Below are positions 9,376 to 21,435 of a stretch of 64,000 bases of DNA, piece by piece. The stretch lies in NCBI GenBank assembly GCA_973895155.1, contig OZ316895.1:15382816-15446815 (forward strand). The letters run 5' to 3'. The position numbers and the translations under genes were made by a program. The notes beneath the pieces are model-generated. The model made no database searches. It worked only from the letters and a program-made list of their open reading frames with translations, and was not told the DNA's origin. Position 1 is the stretch's first letter. Every line of letters starts with the position of its first letter. This DNA is from Marsupella aquatica. Its lineage: Eukaryota; Plantae; Marchantiophyta.

Positions 9376-12300
9376 TCAAGTATCATGTGGAGTAGCAGCC
9401 TCCACAGTCATCATGCGTCGCACGCTCCGTAGTCCAATCGCCTGGCAGTGTCGGTGGTGAACTGATGGCGATAGTGATTTGGTGAAGAGATCCGCACAGT
9501 TGTCTGCACTTGAAATCTGCAAAATGTTGATCTCTTTTCCATGTAACTCGTGGGTGTAGAAAAATTTCGGAGCTATGTGCTTCACGCGATCGCCTTTGAT
9601 GAATCCTTTCGTGATCTGCTGTATACATGCTGCGTTATCCTCAAAAATGTTAGTAGGCTTCGTTAGTGGTGGTAGGCCGCATTTGGTGTTGATGTGGTTT
9701 ATAAAGGATCGTAACCAAACAGCTTCACGACTAGCCTCATGTAGAGCTAAGATTTCTGAGTGGTTCGATGAGGTTGCTGTTAGGGTCTGTTTCACGCTTT
9801 TCCAAGAAAAAGTGGTACCCCCTATGGTAAAAACATATCCAGTTTGGGATTTTGCAGTATCAGTGTCTGAGAGATATCCGGCATCCGCGTATCCTATGAG
9901 CTCGTGGTTTGCACCGAATGGGTAAAATAACCCAGTATCGGTGGTTCCACGTAGATATCTAAATACGTGCTTAACTCCGTTCCAGTGTCTGGCTGTGGGA
10001 GTTGCACTATGTCTGGCTAGTAAGTTAACTGCAAATGCAATGTCTGGTCTGGTCTGATTCGCTAGGTACATTAATGCTCCTATTGCAGAAAGGTATGGTG
10101 TTTCTGGTCCTAATAGTGGTTCATGTTCTTCGCGCTTGCGAAAAACATCAGTATTATTTTCTAATGAACGTACAACCATTGGTGACGTCAATGGGTGTGC
10201 TAGGTTCATATTGAATTGTTTTAGGATCTTTTCAGTTTGTGTTGTCTGATGGAGCATCATGCCAGTGGGTAGGATCTCTAGTTGTAAGCCTAAGCAAAAG
10301 TTTGTATGTCCAAGGTCTTTCATCTCGAATATGGATTTAAGACTGGTAATAGTATCTTCTGTAAGTTGGGGTGTCCCAAATATATTTAAGTCATCGACGT
10401 AAATAGAAACGATGACATATTCATCATTCACATGTTTAATAAATAAACATGGTGTAATGGCATCATGGGAAAAACCCATGGTAATCATTTCATCAGTAAA
10501 TCTTTGATACCATACTCTGCCACTTTGTTTCAGGCCATATAATGCCTTCAACACGCAGATAGCTAGTCCGCGGCGAGTATTCCATACGGGTGACACAGCG
10601 GTGTCGTTATTATGAGTTACATGTGTAGATGACACATTAGGTGTAACTTGAGATAATTGTGTTATAATCTTATGTAGATATGGGATATGCGATTTAGCGC
10701 CTTGAGTTAAAGCTCGGCGACGTTGCTCCAATTCATGAGGTGATCGCATATATAGACAGGTGTCTAAAGTGCCATATAAATATGCAGTTGCAACATCTAA
10801 TTGTCGCATTTGTAGTTGGTGGAAAATGGCAAATCCGATTAAATATCGGAATGTTGTGCTATCCATAACTAGTGAGTAAGTTTCATCGTAATGAATTCCC
10901 GGTTGTTGGGTAAATCCTTTCCCTACCAGACGTGCTTTGTAACGTACAACTTGGCCTTTATCATTTCTTTTGCGGACGAATGTCCACTTGTAGCCAATGA
11001 GGTGTACGTCTTGTGGTGTTGGCTCAACTGGGCCAAAAGTGTGTCTACTTAGTAGGGAATCTAATTCTCCGTTTATAGCTTTCTGCCATTCAGGCCAATC
11101 TGGTCTGTTTTGGCATTCTAAGATGGATATTGGTTCTGGTGTTTCGTTTGTGATATGTGTTGCCATCATTAATGCAAAAGCATCATCTATTGAAGTAGTA
11201 TTTCTATCCCACATTGCACCAGTGTGTGCATAGTGGATAGAAATCTCCTCATGAGTTGTGGATTCGTTATGATCGACATTAGGTGAAGGTGGTATAGATG
11301 AACCACGTCTTCGTGGTTGTTTATCTTTTGATCCCAGGGGTCTACCTCGTTTTGCACGAGGTTGGGATGTACTTGCGGGCTCACTTGATAATTCGATGCG
11401 AGCAGATGCTCTCGCAGCTGGAATATGTGAGTGAGTAAGTTGTGATGTGTCAACGAAAGCGTTAGGAAGTTCTTCCACAATCTTGTGGAGTTGCAAAATT
11501 CATTGAACTTCTTTCTCCCCTTGATTCGTTCTAAGGTCTTGCCAAAATGGCGAGTGCCTTTCCCACTCCAAAGGTGGTTGTGGGTGTTCAGGGGTTATTA
11601 ATGGTGGATAAATGTGTTAATCAAAATGACAATCTAGAAATCTGGCTTTAAAAACGTCGCCAGTTGTAGGCTCTATATATCGGATTATGGACGGTGAGTC
11701 GAATCCGATGTATATCCCCAACTGTCGTTGGGGTCCCATCTTGGTTCGTTTGGGTGGAGTAATGGGGACCATTACTTGACATCCAAATGAACGAAGATGT
11801 GATAGGTCAGGTTTAATACCGTTAGCTATTTGGTATGGGCTATAGGTATTAAAAGCCGATGGGCGATATTGGATTAATGCATTCGCCTGTAATATGGCGT
11901 GTCCCCATGCTGAGACGGGGAGTTTTGACTGCATTAGTAATGGGCGTGCAATTAACTGAAGGCGTTTAATTACCGCTTCAGCTAATCCATTCTAGAAATG
12001 CACATGAGGTACATGATATTGTACGTCTATGCCAAGTGATGTGCAAAAGTCATCAAACGTTTCGGATGTGAATTCCCCTGCATTGTCTACCCTTAGTGTC
12101 TTAATGGGGTGATCTGGGAATTGTGCTTTCACGCGCAAGATTTGCACCAAGATGCGAGGTATTACCATGTTCCTCTTTGAAAGCAAGGTCACATTTGACC
12201 ATTTGGTTGATGCGTCAATTAAAACCATAAAGTAGCGGAAAGGTCCGCTTGGTGGGTTAATTGGCCCGCATACATCAGCGTGGATTATTTCCAAGAATTG

Positions 12301-14034
12301 GGGTATTTTGGTTGGCAATTTTGATGCCGTGGGCCTTGTTATTAACTTGCCGCGTGAGCATGCAGTGCATGGAGTGCTCACTGGGATGTGGCGTGTATTG
12401 ATTGGAATGCCACTTGAATTCTTAATGATTTTTGTTAGCATTGATTGGCCGGGGTGGCCAAGGCGTGCATGCCATAGCGCATGCAATTCGCTTGTATTGG
12501 CGTTGTTATGCAGGCATTCAATTTGTGTTATGTAAAACCCGCAGGGATACGAGAAAAGTGTCTCTTTAATTATTTTTCCCTTAAGGGTGTTTTCAACCAA
12601 GTGAATGACCTCTTGGTCTCTGGTATCGCCCGTTTGGACATGTAGCCCATTTGCTCGTATATCTCTAAAGCTAAGGAGATTACGAGTTGCGTTTGGGGCG
12701 AAAATGGCAGATTCTATGTGTATTTCAGTACCCTGCGGGAGTCTAATAGAGGCCGGGCCGAAGCCCTCTTCTATTTGACTAGGACCATTTATAGTGGTCA
12801 GGGATCTACGTGAGGGTGTAATTTTGTGGAAAAGGTGCCTATCCCTGAGGATAGTGTGCGTGGTCGCACTGTCGATAATGCATGTGCTTGGGCTATTTAA
12901 ATCTGGTGTAGTGGAGCTACTTGCCACTAAGTGTGCCTCTGGTTGGGCAGGTAGGTCTGAAAAGTCTTGGAATGGGTCGCTAGACTCCATAAACGCCCCG
13001 TGGGTTTCACGGGGTGGTGGTCTTGAGGTTTGTCTATCCTGGATGGACCGTTGATATAAATCTCTAAGATGTTGCGGGATTCTACAGTTTCTCGCGAGGT
13101 GGTTTGTCATGCCACATTCATGGCATTTCGGTCGTTCCCGTTGTTGTCGGGGTTGTGACCGATCATTCCTACGGTTGTTGTTGTATGGTCTACCACCACC
13201 GCGTCCGCCTCGTCCTCCGCGTCCGCCGCGTCCATCGCGTCCTCCGCGTCCTCCACGTCCACTAAAGGACCGTCTGGAATTGTGTTGTGGGCGTTGGTTA
13301 AAGAAACTCCCCCTGTTGGGGTTGTTTCTATGGTTGCCATTCCTACTGTGCTTAATGCCCTGCCTTGATGTGGAGGGTTCAGCGGTGTCGGTAAGATGTG
13401 TTTCACTCTGTGATCCTGGGGGCAGTGTGCCCGCAGGACGTTTTCTAGAGTTAGCTAAAAGGAGTTCTTGGTTTCTTTCTGTGACTAGGAGGTGGGCTAT
13501 TAGCTCGGAGTATTGTCCGAACTTCATGTTTCGATACTGTGTTGATAGCCACACATTCGATGAGTGAAATGTCGACAAGGTCTTCTCTAGCAGATCCTTG
13601 TCCGTGACCGGCTCGCCACATAGTGTGAGGGTTGAGGATATTCTAAAGAGTTCGCTATTGTAGGCTGAAATTGAGGTGAAGTCCTGGACCCGCAGGTTGA
13701 GCCAGTCTTGTCTGGCTCTAGGTAATTCGACCAGTTTCTGGTGGTCGAATCGGGTCTGTAGGGCTGTCCATAGTTCCCAAGGGGTCGAAAGGTGCATGTA
13801 TTGTCTCTGGAGGAATCTATGGATGTGGCATCTCAGGAATACTAGGGCTTTCGATTCGTTGGCTTTAGTTAATGGGTCTGGTTGTGGTTCACCGACAAGG
13901 ATAGGTTGGGCCATTCCTATCGCTGGGAGTAGGGTTAGCGATGTAAGGTTCTCTCTAAGATTCATTGACCATTCCAGGTAGTTACTACCGTCGATGTCAA
14001 GGGCTGGAAAGTTGAGTTTCTCGAGGTTGGTCAT
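9376..14034 (-). pseudogene. gag-pol of the Bianca-like element; one reading frame with three internal stops
   Basis: ORFs 11992-14034, 11617-11934 and 9376-11496 share a frame; stops at 11992-4 (TAG), 11617-9 (TAA), 11500-2 (TGA). Motifs: CHECGMTNHLARNC, IIDSATTH, WHARLGH, VDNAGEF, YKARLV, YVDDL, ADLFTK. Confidence 0.92.
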
Positions 14035-15696
14035 CGGGTTGATGGCTGGATTCCTTTTAAGTGTGGTTGAGGTTTATATACTATTAAGTATAGTAAGGAA
14101 TGACTAAGCACATTTATGTGGTATGCATGGTAGAGCTGGGTGGAGAACGCATGCAAATCGGAAATTCCTTTTTAGGTTTTGCACTTATGGTTTAGGGTTT
14201 TCTTGGTATTTGTTTAACTGCAAAGTTTCCTTTGTAGATGCTTTTTTCTTTGTTAAACTGTGCAGTTATCCACTTGTGCACTTAGGGTTGCTGTTATGGT
14301 TTATGTTTACTCTTGCATTGGTTAGGTGCATATGCAGCTTTGTAAAGTAAATTTCCTTTGTTACGGAATGCACGTAAGGAGGTTTTGCGGTTATATTGCA
14401 GTTATGGGGCGTGCACTTAGCGGTTTTCGTTCGGGCTCGACGTTCTCTCGTTGTTTTGAGCTTTGATGTTGCGCTTGCTCCCCTCGGGTTGCCTCCTCCA
14501 CGACCTTATCGGTGCTTCACTCGTTTCAGATTCCCCTTACAATGCAGGGCTTCTCCTTTTTCTCTTTACTTCTCGTTCTCTTATGGCAGTGTCCTTATCT
14601 GCTTTGCTCTTTCGAATCTCAGTGGCTCCTTCGAATCTCAGTGGCTCCGATCTTTTTCTCAAGAACATCTAAGGTACGTCTCCAACCATGCTCAACTCAT
14701 AGCCACGAGCAGAAGTGATCTGAATTCTACTCGATCCGCTCAGTTTTCAATGCTCTCCTTATCGTCTTCTTTTCTTTCTTTGGCATTAGCTATCCTTAGT
14801 GGTTGGGTCGATCGGACCCATGCTGCGTCCTCGCGAGCTTTCTCTTCTCTTCTTTCTTTCGATGATTGATCTGTGGATTCGTTTCCCTTATCTCCTTTCA
14901 ATTTTCGAAAGATTTTATGGCCTCATTGTTTCTTATCATTCTCTGCTCCTCCTCGGCGCTCGTTTTTCGGTGGGTCTTATCCAAAGGCAAACTATCGCGA
15001 TTTTGTGGCCGGCTGTCTCGTCTGATGTGAGTTGCAGACGTTTATGGAATTCGAGTTATCAAGGTCTCGAGGGTTAAAAGATTTACTCTCGATCCTCTTT
15101 ACTCTCGATCCTCACTGTGCGCTTCTCGTAAGTGTAAACCGAGATTCATGTTCTCCATCTCCATTCGTGCTCTCTCTTCCATTCGGCATTCAGGAAAATT
15201 TCTCAAATCTTCCATCGTCTAATCTCTCTCTGTTTGCACGCTATCGCCGTCGCCATCGATTCGCTATTCCATTCGGCATAAAAAAAATTCTCAATCTCTC
15301 GTAGGCTTTCCAAAGTTTCTCCGCTTCTTTTCCTCTCTCGATCGCTGCCAGCGTTCGGTCCGACGTCTCTTTCGGCCCTCTCTTTTCTCTTTCGAGAATT
15401 GAATATGTGTGACTTTGGGCCTGGCTCCGTGTTCTACCGATGCCCTTACGAATCTCCTTGCGTTCTCTCTCGCTCACTCATTCTCTCATCTCCTTCCTGC
15501 ATACGGCCTTCTGCCTTGTGATGTCCTTATGAATTGACGATTTTTCCTAAGGGAAAAAAACGAGACCCATGGTCAATTGCTGTCGAAAGCTGCACGCTTC
15601 CTTCCAATCTCTTATTCGTCTTACTCAATCATTACTCAATTCGCCATGGCTCTTCGAAAAAAAAATCTTAGCCTCCTTGCTCAGCCTCGGTGAGTC

Positions 15697-15710
15697 TCGT
15701 GCTGATAACG
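15697..15710 (-). other. Primer binding site complementary to the anticodon arm of tRNA-Ile (half-tRNA priming)
   Basis: CGTTATCAGCACGA directly inside the 5' LTR, with no TGG start. Its complement TCGTGCTGATAACG matches the tRNA-Ile anticodon arm (TCGTGCTAATAACG from memory) with G at position 34. Confidence 0.7.
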
Positions 15711-15818
15711 TGTTTGGTGAAAGTGAATATGGATATCTGTATAGTCTGTATAATGGTACATATAGTGGTGCCAGGATGACCGGCTGATCCGGTCATCCGG
15801 TCAAGGTAGAGTCTAACA
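15711..15818 (-). repeat. 5' LTR of the Bianca-like element
   Basis: Direct repeat of 8956-9063, adjacent to the PBS. Confidence 0.95.
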
Positions 15819-17256
15819 ATTTGGAGCATTATAGCTTGTTAGGAGCATTTTGGAACGATCTTTAGAACAAATAATTAATGCAGTTTTCATGAAAAAATGA
15901 TAGACTAATGAAATTTGTAATCTGATTATTCCATCACTCACTCTCCACACTTTACACTTCCAGTAGTTTTTGAGCAGTTCACTTTGAAATTCAACATCTC
16001 CTCCTATTTTCAATGGAATCTAAATTTATTTGTGAGAGACCCACAAATTCCCAAAGATGAATGTCTCATTTTCTTGGCGCATTTATCTCAATCATTGGTG
16101 CAATATGTACTACACTAACATAAAAGAGATTTTTACTGCGTTGATCCCAGTTGCAAAGCGTATCCTAGCAATTTTTATTTTTGAAATAGAACAAAGAAGA
16201 AATTTGTAGCAAAGGTTCATGAAAGAAGTTGAAGCCTGGATGGACACACAAAACTGTGATAAACACAAAAGGAAACATTACTCACTTGTAATAGCACGTT
16301 TTAAAATTCTACTCCAAAGATGAGATATAAATATGCATTTGACCCAATAATAGAAGGTTTCGGTGGACTCCTCTAGTATTCTGTGCCAACTTTCTCACAT
16401 TTGCTACCAGGTGAAGTGGGTTGCAAATGCTACAAAGGGGCTTATTCTCCATAATCAACTATCCAGATCTGATGGTATGTATATAGTAGATGTAACCTAA
16501 CAATGTGACACCACAAATGTTCTACAAACCTGTTACAAATGCTGTTGGCTCCCTACTAGTGCCTCCTGCCCAAAATACAAAAGAAACCCTGGTGGGTCGC
16601 ATCTATTTTCTCATAATTTCTGTACTAAATGGAGGTTACCAATGTGTAACCATTTTTGGAGGTATCTATTATGCCCATAATCCCTTGTCCAGGATTAACC
16701 TTTTTGGACAACAACAATTCTCTACTATAATAAAGGTCTGGGGACAGGTTCTAGCCTAAACCCTGTTCCAAGAAAATTCAGAAAAGCTTCCCCACTGCAC
16801 TCACATTCTAGTCACAGGGTTACGACCAGGCCCCCATTATCCAATACTTGAGGGAGTCGCCAGTTCAGCTCCCTCACAAAAGACAGGAAAGAGGGAGTGG
16901 TTCCATGGCCAATATAGCAACAGTGGCACCCTCCCAACAACCTTAGCTGAACGTTCTGTCGAAGTCTTGTGATGATGATCTGCTCTCAACTAAAGGCGAA
17001 GAACTCCACTCCATAGCTTTCGACCTTTTCCCTTTTCTCGCCCTCTCCGTTCATTCCTCTCGTCTCCAGCGACATCTCGAGAACCGGGCAGCAATCCAGC
17101 AGAGTCACGAATCGCAGCGGCGTGCGATCGATTTCTCAGTGCCGAAAGACCAATTCTCTTCGCGTGCGGATTGTCGACGTTCGAGGGAATTTTTGACTCG
17201 AGGATAAGGGTTTAAGCGCTCCAGGATTTCCGTGGGCGGAGTACTCCAGAGGAGCC

Positions 17257-18072
17257 ATGGCGATGGCGACAGCAGCAGCAGGAGCGGTGGCGGGAGCACC
17301 CCAGATGCTCACGGCGAGTTGCTGCCCAGTCGCGGCAGGAGGAGGAAAGGGCATGGTGTCGTTCGTGGGACGGCGGGGATCCGGCCGAGTGCTGCAAGTG
17401 CCATTTCTGAGGAGCAGCAGCAGCAGCAGCACTGGTAGAGGAGTAGTGCTTTCTGTGCGTGCGGCGACTGTCGTTGCGCCGCAGTTCACCACATTGAAGC
17501 CCCTCGGAGACCGCGTGCTGGTGAAAATCCAGAACATCGAAGAGAAGACCACCGGCGGAATCTTGCTCCCCACTTCCGCTCAGTCTAAACCCCAGGGCGG
17601 TGAGGTCGTAGAAGTCGGTGAGGGAAAGACAATTGGTGAGAAGAAGTTGGAGCTCAGCGTCTCAAAGGGGGACAAGATTGTTTACTCCAAGTTTGCCGGG
17701 ACCGAAGTGGAGTTCAACGGTGGAGAGTTCTTGTTGCTGAAAGAGGATGATATTGTAGGGCTTCTGACCGGCGATGACATCAAGGACCTGAAGCCCTTGA
17801 ATGATAGAGTGTTGATCAAGGTCAAGGAGGCTGAGGCGAAGTCGGCAGGAGGGGTGTTGCTCACTGACAGCGCGAAGGAGAAGCCCGTGACCGGCGAGAT
17901 TATCGCTGCTGGCTCTGGTACCTATGGGGAGGATGGCACTAAGAAGCCTCTAGAGTTGGTACCAGGAAACACTGTATTGTATTCCAAGTATGCCGGTAAC
18001 GATTTTAAGGGGAAAGATGGTAGTCAGTTTGTTGTTCTCAGGGCTTCCGATGTTCTCGCCGTTCTCTCGTAA
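17257..18072 (+). CDS. CPN20: Chloroplast 20-kDa co-chaperonin (tandem GroES domains), intronless CDS
   Basis: Ser/Ala/Arg-rich transit peptide ending VRA, followed by two Cpn10 domains (KPLGDRVLVK...GGILLP; KPLNDRVLIK...GGVLL; YSKYAG). Confidence 0.96.
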   Translation: MAMATAAAGAVAGAPQMLTASCCPVAAGGGKGMVSFVGRRGSGRVLQVPFLRSSSSSSTGRGVVLSVRAATVVAPQFTTLKPLGDRVLVKIQNIEEKTTGGILLPTSAQSKPQGGEVVEVGEGKTIGEKKLELSVSKGDKIVYSKFAGTEVEFNGGEFLLLKEDDIVGLLTGDDIKDLKPLNDRVLIKVKEAEAKSAGGVLLTDSAKEKPVTGEIIAAGSGTYGEDGTKKPLELVPGNTVLYSKYAGNDFKGKDGSQFVVLRASDVLAVLS

Positions 18073-20010
18073 ACACTTTTCTGGTCGTTTATGCGATTGA
18101 GTCATAGATTAGAATATGTGTTGCGGCTCTAGTGAAGAAGAAGCCCTGGGTAGAACAAAATGCAGGGCCATTTATATATCACTGCTAGTTTAGGTTTTTG
18201 GGTAACGCAACGGCTCTCACGGGGACGTAACGCAAGGCATTTTTCTTTGCTGAGGAAGCCGTGTGTTTCATTATTCCAGGATATCTCTCTCAAATGAAAT
18301 TATGGTAATTCTCGTAACCGTTTGTGCACTGAAGTTGTGTGGACTCCCGAATTGTTACTTTATCGTCGTCTTTGCTCTGTGAAGGGCCTTCCCTTGCAGT
18401 AGATGTGTAGGTGATGTACTTGTCATCGGAATTGAAAGCTTTGATCAGTTCTCTTGTTGTCGATGTTCCCCTTTTTCAAGAGTTTGCGCAGTGCAGTGAC
18501 TAGTTGACGGCTGCTGGAGGCCTCTGTGACATTTTTCAACATTTAACTTAACGAGACTGTATGTTGTAACGTAAGTTTTGTAAGATTTTGGAATGTCACC
18601 AGTGACAATTCATTCACTTTTGAATGCTAGGAAGCGTTTGTCCTATTCGAGATGCCTACTACCAACGGAATGTAGTCTGAGCCTTGTAACCTCTCTAAGG
18701 TCTAGTCATCTGGATCCCTGGCAGCAATCTCTTGTAGATTGTTCTTAGCAGTGTGCTCAATCTCTCTGAGCAAGTTGGATAACAGATAGTGTTCTTTCTT
18801 CTTCTTCAGTTGGCGGCGTGTTGGTGTATCTGGTAAGTCCAGCTGTTTAGATGTCCTGTCCTCTTAAATTTTTCCTGACTCTCTCGTGGGGAATTAGCCC
18901 CCGCTATTTGAGAAACTCTGCTAGTTAGCACTTTATGGTTATCCCATTCGTATCTGCGAATTCCGGCTTCTACACCGTCGAGATTAGTCTGGGACTCAAA
19001 GTCTGACAATAGAATGAATTGACTGGGAGGACTGTTCTAGTGTTTCTTTTTGCGATAGTGGGAATTCCGGTTGCCCGTTTTCCGACTATATATCAGGAGT
19101 GATGCTCTCATTGACATTCACTTTTTCCTATCTTTTGTGTCACTGTGAGCAAGTCTTATTACGATCTCAGCTGACGGGCAACGATGTTTTTCAAGCAAAA
19201 GAATACTTTGTGCACTGATGTGGTCACCGGATTTAGTCCAATTTTGCGCTTGATAGGCTTCCAATAATACTTCATTTTGAAAGTACCGTCCGAAGTACTC
19301 CAATCCTGATTCCTGCATGCTTGAGATAGGTCTCCTGCGCAGACGTTTCTCTCGCAAGCCATGCATGGTCCTGTACACAAATTGTTGAAGGGTTTATTCT
19401 GCAGTACACTTGTATGTTCGACTAACAAGTGATTCATCTAGGCTTGGAGGGTATGGTCGGATGTTTGTAAGCCTGGTCAAGGTAGCGTCAAGGTAGCGTT
19501 ACAAGTATTAAGAGATACAGACACATAAAACTAGTTGAGGTAAAAAATACATGTGTGGACAAGCTGTCTGCAGAGAGCACCAAGCCCCAGGCTTGCACGG
19601 CAACAATGTCATGACACAAAGATACTTCTTTAGAGTCGACGTGCCAACTTCATTCAAAGCAAATGAGGAAGAAATTTTCGAGCATGCACTGCAATTGCGA
19701 CCCAGTGTGGGAGGAGAAAATATCGCATGAAATGTCTGTCTGGATAGACCGGATCTGCGATGCATTGGTCAAATTTCTCTCCTGAGAATAACAAGGACCA
19801 TCCTTCCGTTGTGTTGGTGCCTTCATAAAAACTTACTTTCTGCTCTATGAACAAGCATTTACCATGAACTTTCTTTGGCAACAACGTAACGAAAACGATA
19901 CCATGTTGACTGGTGCCTGCTGATTATGGAATTAGTCTTCCATCACCAGTCATCAAGTATCCTCATTCGACAAGTACATGTGTGTTCCGGGCAAGTAATT
20001 ATTGGACCTA

Positions 20011-20792
20011 CAGTGCCCGGACGTTGTGTTCGAAAGTTGAAATTTTTTAGTCTTGGTAAGAAAAAGTAGTTTTAATTCAAACACAACGTCCAAAAGTTTA
20101 AATTTTTTAGTCTTGGTAAGATAAAAGTAGTTTTAACTCAAACACAATGTCGTTTAATGGGCATTGTGTTTGAATATTCAGGGTTGTGTTTCAGTTTTAC
20201 CTAATCTTGACAGCATTGAGCACAAAAAGTGCAGACGTTGTGTTCGAATATGGCATTGTGACATTGTGTTTGAATATTCAGGGTTGTGTTTCAGTTTTTC
20301 CCAATCTTGACAGCATTGAGCACAAAAAGTGCAAGTTCACAAATTACAATCAAAACATAAGCAAAGTAAACAAAAAACAGTAGATAACCTTCACATCTTG
20401 ACAATGCTAGGAGCAATATTTCCCACACACTCAATTGAAATGGCACTTGACAACTCTGCAAATAGTTACATCCATGTGCAAACCCATAGAAATCAGAGAA
20501 TGATTTTCTAAGCCGTTATTTTATTTTGTCTCACCAAATTTGGCCAAGGCTGAAATGGTCCGGAAGCATTAGCCTCTCATTCCTGCTTACACCCTAAATT
20601 CTATGCCTATCATTCCTGCTTACATCCTAAATTCATCACAATGCCTAAATTTGAACGCCACTATTCAAACACAACGCCACAAGGTAAAAAAATTCCAAAA
20701 CATAGTGTCGAAACTCAAACACAACGCCCTGGTTGCACTATTCAAATATAACGCCCCATGGCCCACTATTTGAATATAATGCTTGGGCGCTG
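20011..20792. mobile_element. Degenerate non-autonomous TIR DNA element with subterminal repeats
   Basis: Ends cagtgcccggacgttgtgttcgaa and ttgaatataatgcttgggcgctg are imperfect inverted repeats; many TTGTGTT copies on the left and AACACAAC copies on the right; internal duplications. No TSD found. Confidence 0.4.
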
Positions 20793-20809
20793 TGTTCCGG
20801 GGAAAACGG

Positions 20810-21030
20810 TAGTACAGCTATAGCTACATATTTGTAGTGCGAGGATTCATGCAAGACCTGGGCAGTGAAAGCTCAACTGAAGTTAAGCTAGTACTTTAGC
20901 TACATATTTGTAGTGTGAGGATTCATGCAAGACCTGGCCAGTCCAAGCTCAACTTAAGTCGAGCTAGTACATATGTCTGGTGTTACCTGGGCAGTCCAAG
21001 CTCAACTGAAGTCAAGCTAGTACTCATGTC
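20810..21030. repeat. Degenerate tandem repeat of about 75 bp; related copies at about 28190-28520
   Basis: Unit catatttgtagtg.gaggattcatgcaagacctgg.cagt...agctcaact...agctagtac repeated; the same blocks recur beyond the far end of the copia element. Confidence 0.6.
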
Positions 21031-21077
21031 TGGTGTTAGCTTGGGACCTTATTCAAAGTGTTTTGTCTTATTGAGAT

Positions 21078-21421
21078 TGTTAGATATTGCTCTAGTCTTG
21101 TGACTCATGAGCTAACCACAGTTAGTCTAACTCGGGTTAGGACTTAGCTAATGTTAGCGGTAGTGCTGTTATGCATATAGCCAGGGCTGATGCCAGACCC
21201 TGGTGGAACTTAGGCTCATTGTTACGGAGCTAGTTGAGAGATAGGAAGAGCTTGTGCTGTGGATGCTTGGTATGGCCGGTCGGCCTAGAGTGCAGTAAAG
21301 CTCTTGTGTGTTCCCATGGACGTAGCCTCATGTGGAGGTGAACCACGTATCTCTCTGTGTCGACTATTGTGCGTTGGATGGTTCATGGGCTTGCCGTTGC
21401 GAATGTCGTCTATGCTCAACA
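21078..21421 (+). repeat. 5' LTR of the Tork-like element
   Basis: Direct repeat of 27545-27888 with 12 differences by eye. Confidence 0.95.
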
Positions 21422-21423
21422 AG

Positions 21424-21435
21424 TGGTATCAGAGC
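21424..21435 (+). other. PBS complementary to the initiator tRNA-Met 3' end
   Basis: TGGTATCAGAGC two nt inside the LTR. Confidence 0.95.

Larger units (their letters stand above)
8956..15818 (-). mobile_element. Full-length Ty1/copia LTR retrotransposon, Bianca-like lineage
   Basis: 108-bp TG...CA LTRs at 8956-9063 and 15711-15818 (1 mismatch); TSD ATTTG at 8951-8955 and 15819-15823; PPT (aggggag on -) at 9064-9070; gag starts MTNLEKLNFPALDIDGSNYLEW; domain order PR-INT-RT-RH. Confidence 0.95.

Noticed and set aside
11500-11994. In-frame stops in the Bianca gag-pol as programmed readthrough or U-to-C editing sites
   Set aside because: They fall within or just after the integrase domain rather than at the gag-pol boundary, one needs a G-to-T change, and U-to-C editing is known only in organelles; ordinary mutation is simpler.
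14123-15787. Plus-strand ORFs in the Bianca leader as an antisense or env-like gene
   Set aside because: Short, overlapping Ser/Leu/Phe-rich ORFs explained by pyrimidine bias.
19118-19884. Minus-strand ORFs with ADPVYPDRHF resembling a PIF/Harbinger nuclease N-terminus
   Set aside because: No following FRRRFRM or DDE motifs in frame; the similarity is too short to support.
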